DNA of 64,000 nucleotides from NCBI GenBank assembly GCA_963820825.1, contig CAWGBN010000005.1, forward strand, positions 64,001 through 128,000, read 5' to 3'. This DNA comes from Vulcanimicrobiota bacterium (lineage in GTDB: Bacteria > Vulcanimicrobiota > Vulcanimicrobiia > Vulcanimicrobiales > Vulcanimicrobiaceae). The notes under the pieces were generated by a model. That model was given only the letters and a program-made list of their open reading frames with translations, made no database searches and was not told where the DNA came from. Each line of letters opens with the position of its first letter. Within the stretch, counting starts at the first letter, position 1. This document shows positions 1 to 8,169 of this stretch, one piece after another. Position numbers and translations under genes: made by a program.

Positions 1-1
1 C

Positions 2-220
2 CTCGAGCTCGCGCCTCCCGCGCCGCTGACGGCAACTACTTCTGGGAACTTCCTTGCCAGCGATCTCGCGCAGAGCGCGTGGGCGGCGTACGTCGCGGCC
101 CTCGGCAGCCAGAGTCTTACCTGGCTGGCGGTCAAAATACCGACGTGGGCGGCCCTTAGCGGTTTGATCGCGCTCGCGTTTGGAGCCTCGCGCGCGCAAC
201 GAGTGCCTGCATCGCCGTGA
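2..220 (+). CDS. 3' end of a membrane glycosyltransferase (GT87/DUF2029-like), paralog of the next gene; partial
   Basis: Frame 2 reads LELAPP...LAQSAWAAYV...WLAVKIPTWAAL...*, matching the C-terminus of 217..1698 (LELHPP...LVQTEW...WFAVKLPTWAAL). The TGA overlaps the next GTG (GTGA). Confidence 0.7.
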   Translation, partial: LELAPPAPLTATTSGNFLASDLAQSAWAAYVAALGSQSLTWLAVKIPTWAALSGLIALAFGASRAQRVPASP

Positions 221-1698
221 AGACGTCCCGACAGCGGGTGCTCGTCTTCGTGCTGATGATGCTCTTAGGACTGGCCGCACTGCGCGACGTGAGCCGCTTG
301 GGCGCGGCACTTCCATGGCGAACGATGGACGATTTCCCCGATTTTTACTGTGCCGGTGCGGTGCTCGATCTCGGAGCGAGTCCCTACACCTACGAGCCGC
401 TCCATGCCTGCGAGCATCGCGTCAATAGCGGCGATACCTTTCGCGGGCAGCTCTTCGCGCGCAATCCGAGCGTCGCCATTCCGGCTCCGCAGCCGGCCTT
501 CGATTTTCTGCCGTTTATGGGACTCGCGCGCTTGCCGTTCGATGTTGCCCGTGCCGTGGACGGCGCAGCGATCGTACTAGCGGTCGCGCTCTCGGTCGCC
601 GCGCTCGCCGCGCTCGGCGTCTCGTGGGAGCTCGCTGCTGCGGCGTTCGTGCTCTCGACGGCGTATGCGGAGCTCAACACCGGCCAAATCGTTCCGTTCT
701 CGCTGTTCGCGCTCGTTCTCGCCGGACTCGCGCTCGCACGTAAGCGCGAGATGCTCGCGGGCATCCTCGCCGCTTTGACGGTAATCGAGCCCACCGCGGG
801 CCTTCCGGTCGTCGCCGTAGCGCTGCTCTTCGTGCCGCGCTCGCGATTCGCAACGATTGCCACGCTGCTGCTCTTAGCGATATGCTCGGTCGTCCTCGTT
901 GGACCGGTCGGATTCGTCGAGTATTTCACTCGAGTGCTTCCCGCGCACGGAGCCTCCGAGCTGCACTTTCCGTTTCAATATAGCGTCGCGTATATCGCGG
1001 CCTACCTTGGCCTCGCGCCCGCCGCCGCGCAGCTGGCCGGAACGATCTCCTATCTCGTTGTCGTGGTGCTCGGGCTAACGCTCGCGCGACCCGTGAGCGC
1101 GAGGCTCGATCGCCGCGAGCTGCTCTTCTTCGTACCCGCGCTCTGGGCGGTTACCGGCGGAGCCTTTCTCCATCAAGAGGAGCTCTGTTTCGCGCTTCCC
1201 GCCGTGCTCGTTTTCGTGACGGCGATGCGCGGACGTAGCCAAGGCATCGCCGCCGTCGCACTCTGCGCGCTCGCGATCCCCTGGATCGCGGTCTGGGGCA
1301 CGAAGCAGCTCTTCCTGGCAAGCCTCTTCGTCTGCGCCGCTATCCTGTTGACCGCTCGGATCGATTGGCGCGCCGGGGCCGGCGCCCTCTGCGCGATCGC
1401 CGCGCTTCTCTATGCGCTCGAGCTTCATCCGCCGCATCTGCCAGTCCCGGCGTTGCCCCCGAGCTACCCACCCGGCGCTCTCGTACAGACGGAGTGGCGC
1501 GATTATACGGAAGGGCGCAGCACGCGTGACCCCCTCTGGTTCGCCGTTAAACTCCCGACATGGGCTGCACTGATTGCGGCGGTTGCGCTGGCGGCGCGGG
1601 TTGGGCGTCGATCTCCACCCGCATCTGAATCCAACCGCGAAAGTTTGCGTGAAAGTTCGAATCTCGGGCGGGCGTCGCGACGTGCTCGAACGGACTGA
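217..1698 (+). CDS. Polytopic membrane glycosyltransferase, GT87/DUF2029-like (GT-C fold)
   Basis: N-terminal TM helix followed by DFPDFYCAG...SPY, a GQ motif and many hydrophobic helices. Confidence 0.65.
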   Translation: MKTSRQRVLVFVLMMLLGLAALRDVSRLGAALPWRTMDDFPDFYCAGAVLDLGASPYTYEPLHACEHRVNSGDTFRGQLFARNPSVAIPAPQPAFDFLPFMGLARLPFDVARAVDGAAIVLAVALSVAALAALGVSWELAAAAFVLSTAYAELNTGQIVPFSLFALVLAGLALARKREMLAGILAALTVIEPTAGLPVVAVALLFVPRSRFATIATLLLLAICSVVLVGPVGFVEYFTRVLPAHGASELHFPFQYSVAYIAAYLGLAPAAAQLAGTISYLVVVVLGLTLARPVSARLDRRELLFFVPALWAVTGGAFLHQEELCFALPAVLVFVTAMRGRSQGIAAVALCALAIPWIAVWGTKQLFLASLFVCAAILLTARIDWRAGAGALCAIAALLYALELHPPHLPVPALPPSYPPGALVQTEWRDYTEGRSTRDPLWFAVKLPTWAALIAAVALAARVGRRSPPASESNRESLRESSNLGRASRRARTD

Positions 1699-2392
1699 GG
1701 TGACGATCGCTCTTGAGGCGTTCGTAGAGCTCGAGATCCTTAGCAATCTCCCGCGTTCCCTCGTGCGTTAAATACGAAACGCGGGCGCAACGCGCGGCCG
1801 AGATCCGCTTGCGCTCTTCGACCTCCAAATCGGCATCGTCGGGCTGCAGTAGGGGCGTGTGCCACTGCCCGTACTCGACCGAACGCGGAGTACTCGCGGT
1901 AATCGCCTCGCGCATGCGCAGCGCGGCGGCGCGAATCTCCGGTTGCGCATTCGGTGCGCAGCGCAGCTCGAAGAAATTCGACCACTCCGTCGCGGTCACG
2001 ATTACCGTGTGCCAGAGGAACGGCTCGAGAAGCCGGTTGAGCTCCTGTTTGTGCACTTTGAGATCGAGCAGCTCGCGCGCGTGCGCGACCGCATCGTCCC
2101 GCGCCGCGAGCCAGGCACGAGTCGCCGCTCGAGTCGCTTCCTCGGAGAGTACGTCGCTCGCCGACATTCCGGCTTTGTTGAGCCCCCACTCAAGTGGAGT
2201 TGCCGGGTCGCGCTCGACGCGCTCGATGAGTTTCGCGGTCGGCACGGCACGCGAGCTCGCGCTATTCCGCGATAGCATTCGGTGCGTGTTAAACTCGGCC
2301 AGGACGAAGCGCGGAAACGTTACCTCGAGCGTAGTGAGCCGGACTCCGTTGCGATTGACGGAGTCCAGCAGCACACGCGCGCTATACGCCAC
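1547..2392 (-). CDS. thyX: FAD-dependent thymidylate synthase (ThyX/Thy1), circularly permuted type
   Basis: THRMLSRNSASSR (RHRx7S-type motif), SAARCARVSY and HLSPFEH motifs. GTG start directly abuts the ftsZ stop. Confidence 0.85.
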   Translation of the reverse strand: MAYSARVLLDSVNRNGVRLTTLEVTFPRFVLAEFNTHRMLSRNSASSRAVPTAKLIERVERDPATPLEWGLNKAGMSASDVLSEEATRAATRAWLAARDDAVAHARELLDLKVHKQELNRLLEPFLWHTVIVTATEWSNFFELRCAPNAQPEIRAAALRMREAITASTPRSVEYGQWHTPLLQPDDADLEVEERKRISAARCARVSYLTHEGTREIAKDLELYERLKSDRHLSPFEHVATPARDSNFHANFRGWIQMRVEIDAQPAPPAQPPQSVQPMSGV

Positions 2393-3472
2393 TCAGCCGC
2401 GATAGCGTAAGAAAGCCGGGACGTCGATATCGTCCATCGTGACCGGAGCGACCGCTTCGAGGCGTCCGGTATCGAAGGCGTAGCCGCTCTGCGCTCCGCG
2501 ATAACCACGCCGCGAACCGAACCCCGCCGCCAACACGGTCACGCGAACCTTCCCCGACATCGCCGGGTCGATCGAGGCGCCGAAGATAATCTGCGCCTCC
2601 GAGTCGACGGCGCGGCTGATCATCTCGGCCGCCTCGTTCACTTCGTACATCGCCATGTCCGGACCGCCGGTGATGTTGAAGATCACCCCGTGGGCGCCTT
2701 CGACCGTCGTCTCGAGCAACGGGGAGGCGATGGCCTTTTGGGCCGCATCGGCCGCGCGGTGCTCGCCGCTGCCCTCTCCGATTCCCATCATCGCCGATCC
2801 GGCATCGGTCATGATCGTCTTGACGTCGGCGAAGTCGAGGTTGATCAGGCCGGGCTGCGTGATCAGATCGCTGATCCCGGCGATTCCCTGACGCAGCACG
2901 TCGTCGGCGTACGAAAAGGCTTCGTTGAGGGGCGTCTTCTTCTCGATAACCTGCAGGATGCGTTCGTTCGGAATCGTGATCAGGGTATCGACCTTCGATT
3001 CGAGTTCGGCGATGCCGTTCTCGGCGATCTGCATCCGTTTCTTGCCCTCAAACGCGAAGGGCTTGGTAACGACCGCGATGGTGAGCGCTCCGGATTCCCG
3101 CGCGATCTCGGCGATCACCGGCGAAGCTCCGGTTCCCGTTCCGCCGCCCATCCCGGCGGTCAGAAATACGAGATCGGCTCCGTCGAGGATTAGCGAGAGA
3201 TCTTCGCGCGATGACTCGGCGGCTTCGCGCCCGAGGGTGGGATTCGCGCCGGCGCCTAAGCCGCGCGTTTGGTTACCGCCGATGTGAACGCGATTCTCCG
3301 TCAGCGAGCCGCGCAAGGCTTGAACGTCGGAGTTGACCGCGAAAAAGTCGACCCCGCTCAAGCCGCCCGCGATCATACGATTAACGGCGTTACAGCCGCC
3401 GCCGCCGATGCCGACGACTTTGATCGTCGCTGCGTGCTCGGGTTCGGATGTGGAACGTCGTCCTTCAGCCAT
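2393..3472 (-). CDS. ftsZ: Cell division protein FtsZ
   Basis: IKVVGIGGGGCNAVNRM, GMGGGTGTG, INLDFADV and C-terminal DIDVPAFLR. ATG at 3472 preceded by GGAGGAA. Confidence 0.98.
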   Translation of the reverse strand: MAEGRRSTSEPEHAATIKVVGIGGGGCNAVNRMIAGGLSGVDFFAVNSDVQALRGSLTENRVHIGGNQTRGLGAGANPTLGREAAESSREDLSLILDGADLVFLTAGMGGGTGTGASPVIAEIARESGALTIAVVTKPFAFEGKKRMQIAENGIAELESKVDTLITIPNERILQVIEKKTPLNEAFSYADDVLRQGIAGISDLITQPGLINLDFADVKTIMTDAGSAMMGIGEGSGEHRAADAAQKAIASPLLETTVEGAHGVIFNITGGPDMAMYEVNEAAEMISRAVDSEAQIIFGASIDPAMSGKVRVTVLAAGFGSRRGYRGAQSGYAFDTGRLEAVAPVTMDDIDVPAFLRYRG

Positions 3473-3504
3473 TGCGTCGGGTTCCTCCGTAAAAAAAGTG
3501 TGCG

Positions 3505-4713
3505 TTATGTCCAAAGATCTGCCAGCCAACGCTGGACTCTCGAAACGACCGAGTGTCCGCGGCGCCCGCCGCGAACGGCGTCGTCGCGCTCGCCATTCGC
3601 CCCGAAGAGCACGAGCCCAATAGCCGTTGCGTATTGCGGCGCCGCCATTACTTCGGTGAGCCCTCCCATCGCCTTGGGCGTACCGATGCGAACCGGTAAA
3701 CCAAAAACCTCCTCCGCAATCGATTCTATGCCGGGAAGCTGCGCGCCGCCTCCCGTCAGAACGATCTCGCCGAGCACCACGTCGCGGGGCACGTTCTCGA
3801 CGATCTTCTGCTTCGCCATTCGAAGCGTCTCCAGAACGCGTGGAACGACGATCTGACGCAGCTCCGCGGTGGAGTGCTCGCGCGTCGCCCGGCCGTCGAG
3901 CGTGCGCACGTCGAAGCACTCGTCTTTATCGGTGGCCCCGAGCCGTTTCTTGACCTCCTCCGCCTCGGCGAGCGTCGTCTTGAGCCCGAGCGAGATGTCG
4001 CTCGTGAGCACGTTGCCGCCGACCGGAATGGTTGCCGTATAGATTGCGCTGCCCAGCGAGTAGACGGCCACGTCGGTCGTGCCGCCGCCGATGTCGAGCA
4101 GCACCACCCCGACCTGCTTCTCCTCGTTCAGCAGCGTCGCGGCCGAGCTCGCCAGCGGTTCGAAGACGACGCCGTTTGCCTCCAAGCCGGCGCGATGGAC
4201 GCACTTGAGCACGTTGGTGATGAAGCTCGTGCTCCCGGTGACGATGTGGGTATCGACCTCTAATCGCCCCCCGGCCATGCCGATGGGGTCGTTGACCCCC
4301 TCCTGGCCGTCCACGGTAAAGTAGCGCGGAAGCGCGTGAATGATCTGGCGGTCGGTCGGGAGGTTGATGATCTTGCTCGCGTCGATGACGCGGCGAACGT
4401 CACCGGAGGTTACCTCGCGATCCTCGCCCGAGACCGCGACGACGGCGCGATTGTTCGTGCTGCGGATGTGATCGCCGGTGATGCCGACGACGACCTCGTT
4501 GAAGTGTATCCCGGCCATACGCTCGGCCTTTTCGGTTGCCGCTTCAATCGACTTGATCGTCTCGTCCAAGTCGACGACGACGCCCTTGCGCATACCGAGC
4601 GAGGGCGCCTCCCCGACGCCGAGGATCTCGAGACCGGCCGAGCCGTTGACGGCAACGACCGTGCACGTCTTGGTCGTTCCGATATCGAGCCCGCACACGG
4701 TCTCGTGTCTCAT
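3505..4713 (-). CDS. ftsA: Cell division protein FtsA
   Basis: GLDIGTTK, DIGGGTTD, LTGGGAQL and C-terminal amphipathic helix; lies upstream of ftsZ. Confidence 0.97.
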   Translation of the reverse strand: MRHETVCGLDIGTTKTCTVVAVNGSAGLEILGVGEAPSLGMRKGVVVDLDETIKSIEAATEKAERMAGIHFNEVVVGITGDHIRSTNNRAVVAVSGEDREVTSGDVRRVIDASKIINLPTDRQIIHALPRYFTVDGQEGVNDPIGMAGGRLEVDTHIVTGSTSFITNVLKCVHRAGLEANGVVFEPLASSAATLLNEEKQVGVVLLDIGGGTTDVAVYSLGSAIYTATIPVGGNVLTSDISLGLKTTLAEAEEVKKRLGATDKDECFDVRTLDGRATREHSTAELRQIVVPRVLETLRMAKQKIVENVPRDVVLGEIVLTGGGAQLPGIESIAEEVFGLPVRIGTPKAMGGLTEVMAAPQYATAIGLVLFGANGERDDAVRGGRRGHSVVSRVQRWLADLWT

Positions 4714-4756
4714 CCCCGCTCCGTCACACCTGTCCCTTAGCCAACAGCTCGACTAA

Positions 4757-4804
4757 CCACGATATATTGTGGTCTCTCCGGCCGAATCCTACTACTTATA
4801 GCGG
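4757..4804. promoter_or_regulatory. Tandem NrdR-box-like operators
   Basis: CCACGATATATTGTGG (4757-4772) and CTACTACTTATAGCGG (4789-4804) resemble the acaCwAtATaTwGtg consensus and start 32 bp apart. Confidence 0.7.
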
Positions 4805-4823
4805 AATTAGGCCGGTCCCGCAA
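4795..4823 (-). promoter_or_regulatory. Candidate sigma70-type promoter for ftsA-ftsZ-thyX
   Basis: Minus strand TTGCGG-N17-TATAAG; the -10 element overlaps the second NrdR-like box. Confidence 0.45.
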
Positions 4824-4870
4824 GCCTTAGCGAGCGCCCAGCCATCTCCTTGAGGAGAAGCCCGCAAACG

Positions 4871-4890
4871 TGTGGAGAAGCTGTGCATGA
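4871..4890. promoter_or_regulatory. Two DnaA-box-like 9-mers
   Basis: TGTGGAGAA (1 mismatch to TGTGGATAA) and TGTGCATGA (2 mismatches), separated by 2 bp. Confidence 0.4.
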
Positions 4891-5041
4891 GTTTCGTAAA
4901 TCCGTTTGCTTCGGCAGAAGGGCTTATCAAAAATAGCTCAAAATGAAGCGCGGAAAAAGCAACGCCGCGCCCTAGATGCGCGACGACGCTTCAGTTATGA
5001 TGCTCTTTTGATTCTTTGCTGCTCACTGGGGGCCCGCGCCT

Positions 5042-5332
5042 GTGAATCGTAATCGCTTACTCGCTGCTTTCTGTCTTGCATCGTTGTTGCCAACCGCTGC
5101 GCTCGCTGCCACGGTTGCCTCGACGAGCATACCGGATGGTACGTACACCGTCACGGTCGTAAGAGTTGTCGATGCCAAGCACGTGGACGTCAAGATGGAC
5201 AACGGGCAGGAGTCGACGCTGGCCGCCGGACGGCCGACCGTGGACTTCTCGAAGATCCGGACAAACGATCAGGTCAAACTCTCGCTCATCAGCGGCAACG
5301 TGATGGTCTATCTCGACCTCACGTCCCACTAA
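5042..5332 (+). CDS. Small secreted hypothetical protein (beta-rich, possibly OB-fold-like)
   Basis: Signal peptide ending ALA-A, genome-typical codon usage, TATGAT upstream. Confidence 0.75.
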   Translation: MNRNRLLAAFCLASLLPTAALAATVASTSIPDGTYTVTVVRVVDAKHVDVKMDNGQESTLAAGRPTVDFSKIRTNDQVKLSLISGNVMVYLDLTSH

Positions 5333-5342
5333 CCGTTTCGCC

Positions 5343-6095
5343 TCAGCGGCTCGGTCCGTAGACGAGAACGGGCGCCGTCGGCGCTCGTAAGTCGATCGCT
5401 GCAACGCGGCGTTGCTGCGTCACGACTTGTGCGAGGATCGCGCTTGCGAGCGTCAGCTTTCGGTCCAAATCGTTCGAACCGCCGAGCAGCAGCTTCATTC
5501 CGCCCCGCATCGTAACGACCAGGCCGCCGAAGCGGTCCAAGCCCAGCGCGATGGCCGGGATGCGCGTCGCCGCAACGGCATCGTACGCGTCGCGCAGCTC
5601 GACCGCGTCGCGGCTTCGAACGTAGGCTCCCGGCACGAGCTCGCTTCCGGGTGCGATCGCGAGTTCCGGGAAGGGCTCGCCGCCGTCTGCCGGCTCGAGC
5701 ACCCGCAGCGCGTGGTCGACGACGGCTCGCTCGTCGCCGCTTCGTACAATCGCGAACGGCACGCGCTCCACCACTGCAATCTGCATCGCCGCGGGAGGCG
5801 TGCGCCCGACCGCAGCGGTGGCGATATACGGAATCGCCTCGACTCGCCGCGCGATCGCGCCGGTATTCTGCAGCCAGATCGTCACGTGCGCCGGAATCGC
5901 GGCGCGTGCCAGGATCTCGGCGCGCGCAACTCGATGGTTGCCGCGGATGGCGATCTCCTTCGGGTCGAATGCCGGCCAGGTTGCGGCGACGGCAAGACCG
6001 GTCCCAACCAGGAGCGCGCAGATCGCAATCGGCATCCAAAACGGTCGAACGCGCGCGACCGGCGACGGCTTTCGGCGCCGCTGCTTCACGCGCAC
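5343..6095 (-). CDS. ftsQ: Cell division protein FtsQ/DivIB (POTRA domain)
   Basis: Basic N-terminus, single TM, IRGNHRV POTRA segment, VERVPFA and C-terminal IDLR motif; near ftsA. Confidence 0.85.
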   Translation of the reverse strand: MRVKQRRRKPSPVARVRPFWMPIAICALLVGTGLAVAATWPAFDPKEIAIRGNHRVARAEILARAAIPAHVTIWLQNTGAIARRVEAIPYIATAAVGRTPPAAMQIAVVERVPFAIVRSGDERAVVDHALRVLEPADGGEPFPELAIAPGSELVPGAYVRSRDAVELRDAYDAVAATRIPAIALGLDRFGGLVVTMRGGMKLLLGGSNDLDRKLTLASAILAQVVTQQRRVAAIDLRAPTAPVLVYGPSR

Positions 6096-6895
6096 GTCAG
6101 TACGTACTTTTCAATCGCCTCGGCGACGCCGTCGTGAGCGAGATCGCCGACGACGCGATCGCAGACGGCCTTGAGCTCCGGCGGCGCCGATCCCATCGCG
6201 ACGGCGAACCCCGCGGCCTCGAGCAGAGGCCCGTCGTTCCACGAGTCCCCGATCGCAAGGGTCTCTTCCGTGGCGATCCCCATGCGTTTTGCGACGAACC
6301 GTAATGCGGCGCCCTTGTCGACGCTCGGGTCGAGCACTTCGACGAACTCCGGAAGACTGCGCGTCACGTTGGCGCGCCCCCTCAGAATCGCGCCGAGCTT
6401 TTCGGCGTACTGCGCCGCGACCGCCGGCTCGGAAATCAGCACGCCCTTCGTCGCCGGGCTGTAGGCAAAGGCTTCCCGAAGCGACGGCACGATCACCGGC
6501 TGGGTCATCGCGAGGGAGGCGTACAGATCCGAGTACGCGTTGCGCGCTTCGCAGTAGTACTCGTCATTTCGATAGAGCTGCAAGTGCATGCGGTCGCGCT
6601 CCGCGAGCGTCGCCAGCTCGAGCACGACGTCGTTGGCAAGCGCGGCGTGCGCGAGCACTTCGTCGGTTGCGGGATCGATGATCGCAGCACCCTGATAGCA
6701 GATCAGCGGCGCGTCGAAATCGAGCTCTCGCGCAAACGGCACGGTCGCGCGATACATCCGTCCCGTGACCAAACAGCCGGCGATTCCTGCTCGCTGCATT
6801 CGTGCGATCGCCTCGCGAACGATCTTCGAGATCGTCAGATCGCGTCCGACGAGCGTGCCGTCGACGTCGAATGCGACGAGCTTTGGGGCGGTCAA
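6086..6895 (-). CDS. Cof-type HAD-IIB hydrolase
   Basis: AFDVDGTL, VTGR, VDKG and IGDSWND motifs. TTG start overlaps the hisD-like stop. Confidence 0.9.
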   Translation of the reverse strand: MTAPKLVAFDVDGTLVGRDLTISKIVREAIARMQRAGIAGCLVTGRMYRATVPFARELDFDAPLICYQGAAIIDPATDEVLAHAALANDVVLELATLAERDRMHLQLYRNDEYYCEARNAYSDLYASLAMTQPVIVPSLREAFAYSPATKGVLISEPAVAAQYAEKLGAILRGRANVTRSLPEFVEVLDPSVDKGAALRFVAKRMGIATEETLAIGDSWNDGPLLEAAGFAVAMGSAPPELKAVCDRVVGDLAHDGVAEAIEKYVLTCA

Positions 6896-8169
6896 CTCCC
6901 CGATCTCATCCGCGCCGCGTGGGCGTGCTGCGGAAGACCATCGAATTCCGCCAGCGATGCGAGTGTCTGCGCGTCGTTTTCGATACGCTCCGCCGTGTTC
7001 GCCACGACGGTGAAGCTTCGAGTGAAGTCGGCGAGCGAGAGGCTCGAGGCAAAACGCGCCGTTCCGGAGCTCGGCGCGACGTGGCTCGTGCCGGCGAGGT
7101 ACTCTCCGCTCACTGCCGGCGTCATATCGCCGACGAAGACCGTTCCGGCGGCGTAAATTCGATCCAGATATGCCGAAGCATCGCGGACCTGCAGTGAGAG
7201 ATAGGCCGGTGCGAAGCGATTGACGAGATCGAAGAGCCTCTCCCGAGAGCTCGCTTCGATCAACCGGCAATGCCCCGAGATCGCCTCGCTGAGGAATTCG
7301 TGCCGTTCGAGCGTTTGGAGATCGAGCGTGTCGATCAGTTGCGCAACGGCTTCCAAGAGCGGACGCGATTCTGAGACCACCGCAAGGCGCGTGACCGCGG
7401 GAAGCTCAGCCGCAGTGAGCAGCTCGCCGACGACGTACTCGCTGTTCGCTCCATCGTCGGCGATGACCAGCACCTCCGCCGGGCCGGCCAGGCCATCGAT
7501 TCCGCAGGCGCCGAAAACCTGGCGTTTTGCCTCGGTCGTCCAAAGACCGCCGCGTCCAACGATTTTGTCCACCGCAGCGACGGACTCGGTTCCGAACGCG
7601 GCCGCGGCAACTGCTTGCGCTCCGCCGACGGCGTAGAGCTCGTCGACGCCGCATAGCGCACAGGCGAAGCGGGCCGCACCCGAGAGTCCGCTCGGGTCGG
7701 CCGGCGTGAGCACGACCACGCGCGAAACGCCGGCGATCTTCGCCGGCACCGCGCCCATCAAAATCGCGGCGCCGGCACCGTTGCGCGGTGCGTAGACGGC
7801 CACCGACCGCAGCGCGCAGCGCCGCACCGCGTACCGCGTCCCATCCTTCTCGACGTAATTGACGTCCGTCTGTCGTTGGCGTTCGTGGAAGCGCGCGATT
7901 CGTTCTTTTGCGAGTTCGAGGGCCGCGGCGATCTCGGCCGGCACGAGCGCCCGCGCGCCCTCCAGCATTGGAATCGCGACGCGCAGCTTCGAGAGGTCGA
8001 AGCGCGCGTCGTCGACGCTGCGCGCGTAATCGACCACCGCGGCGTCACCGCGGGCGCGAACGTCGCGGATAATGCGAGCGACGCCGTCGGCGATTTCGTC
8101 GGGGACGCTCCAGCCTCGATCGAGCAATCCTTCCAGCGCTCGCGCGTCCGATGCAGAGACGACGTTCAT
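6892..8169 (-). CDS. Histidinol dehydrogenase-family protein with degenerate active site
   Basis: HisD-type motifs VPAKIAGV, GGAQAVAA, VDKIVG, IDGLAGPAE and GTARFASSLS, but SQAEH is TAAEL and PEHL is PAYL. Confidence 0.85.
   Translation of the reverse strand: MNVVSASDARALEGLLDRGWSVPDEIADGVARIIRDVRARGDAAVVDYARSVDDARFDLSKLRVAIPMLEGARALVPAEIAAALELAKERIARFHERQRQTDVNYVEKDGTRYAVRRCALRSVAVYAPRNGAGAAILMGAVPAKIAGVSRVVVLTPADPSGLSGAARFACALCGVDELYAVGGAQAVAAAAFGTESVAAVDKIVGRGGLWTTEAKRQVFGACGIDGLAGPAEVLVIADDGANSEYVVGELLTAAELPAVTRLAVVSESRPLLEAVAQLIDTLDLQTLERHEFLSEAISGHCRLIEASSRERLFDLVNRFAPAYLSLQVRDASAYLDRIYAAGTVFVGDMTPAVSGEYLAGTSHVAPSSGTARFASSLSLADFTRSFTVVANTAERIENDAQTLASLAEFDGLPQHAHAARMRSGS

Noticed and set aside
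3473..3919. N-terminal extension of FtsZ in the track (similar extensions on the hisD-like gene, HAD hydrolase, amj and rpsB)
   Set aside because: They overlap upstream genes and are Arg-rich nonsense; better starts with RBS or stop-start overlaps exist.
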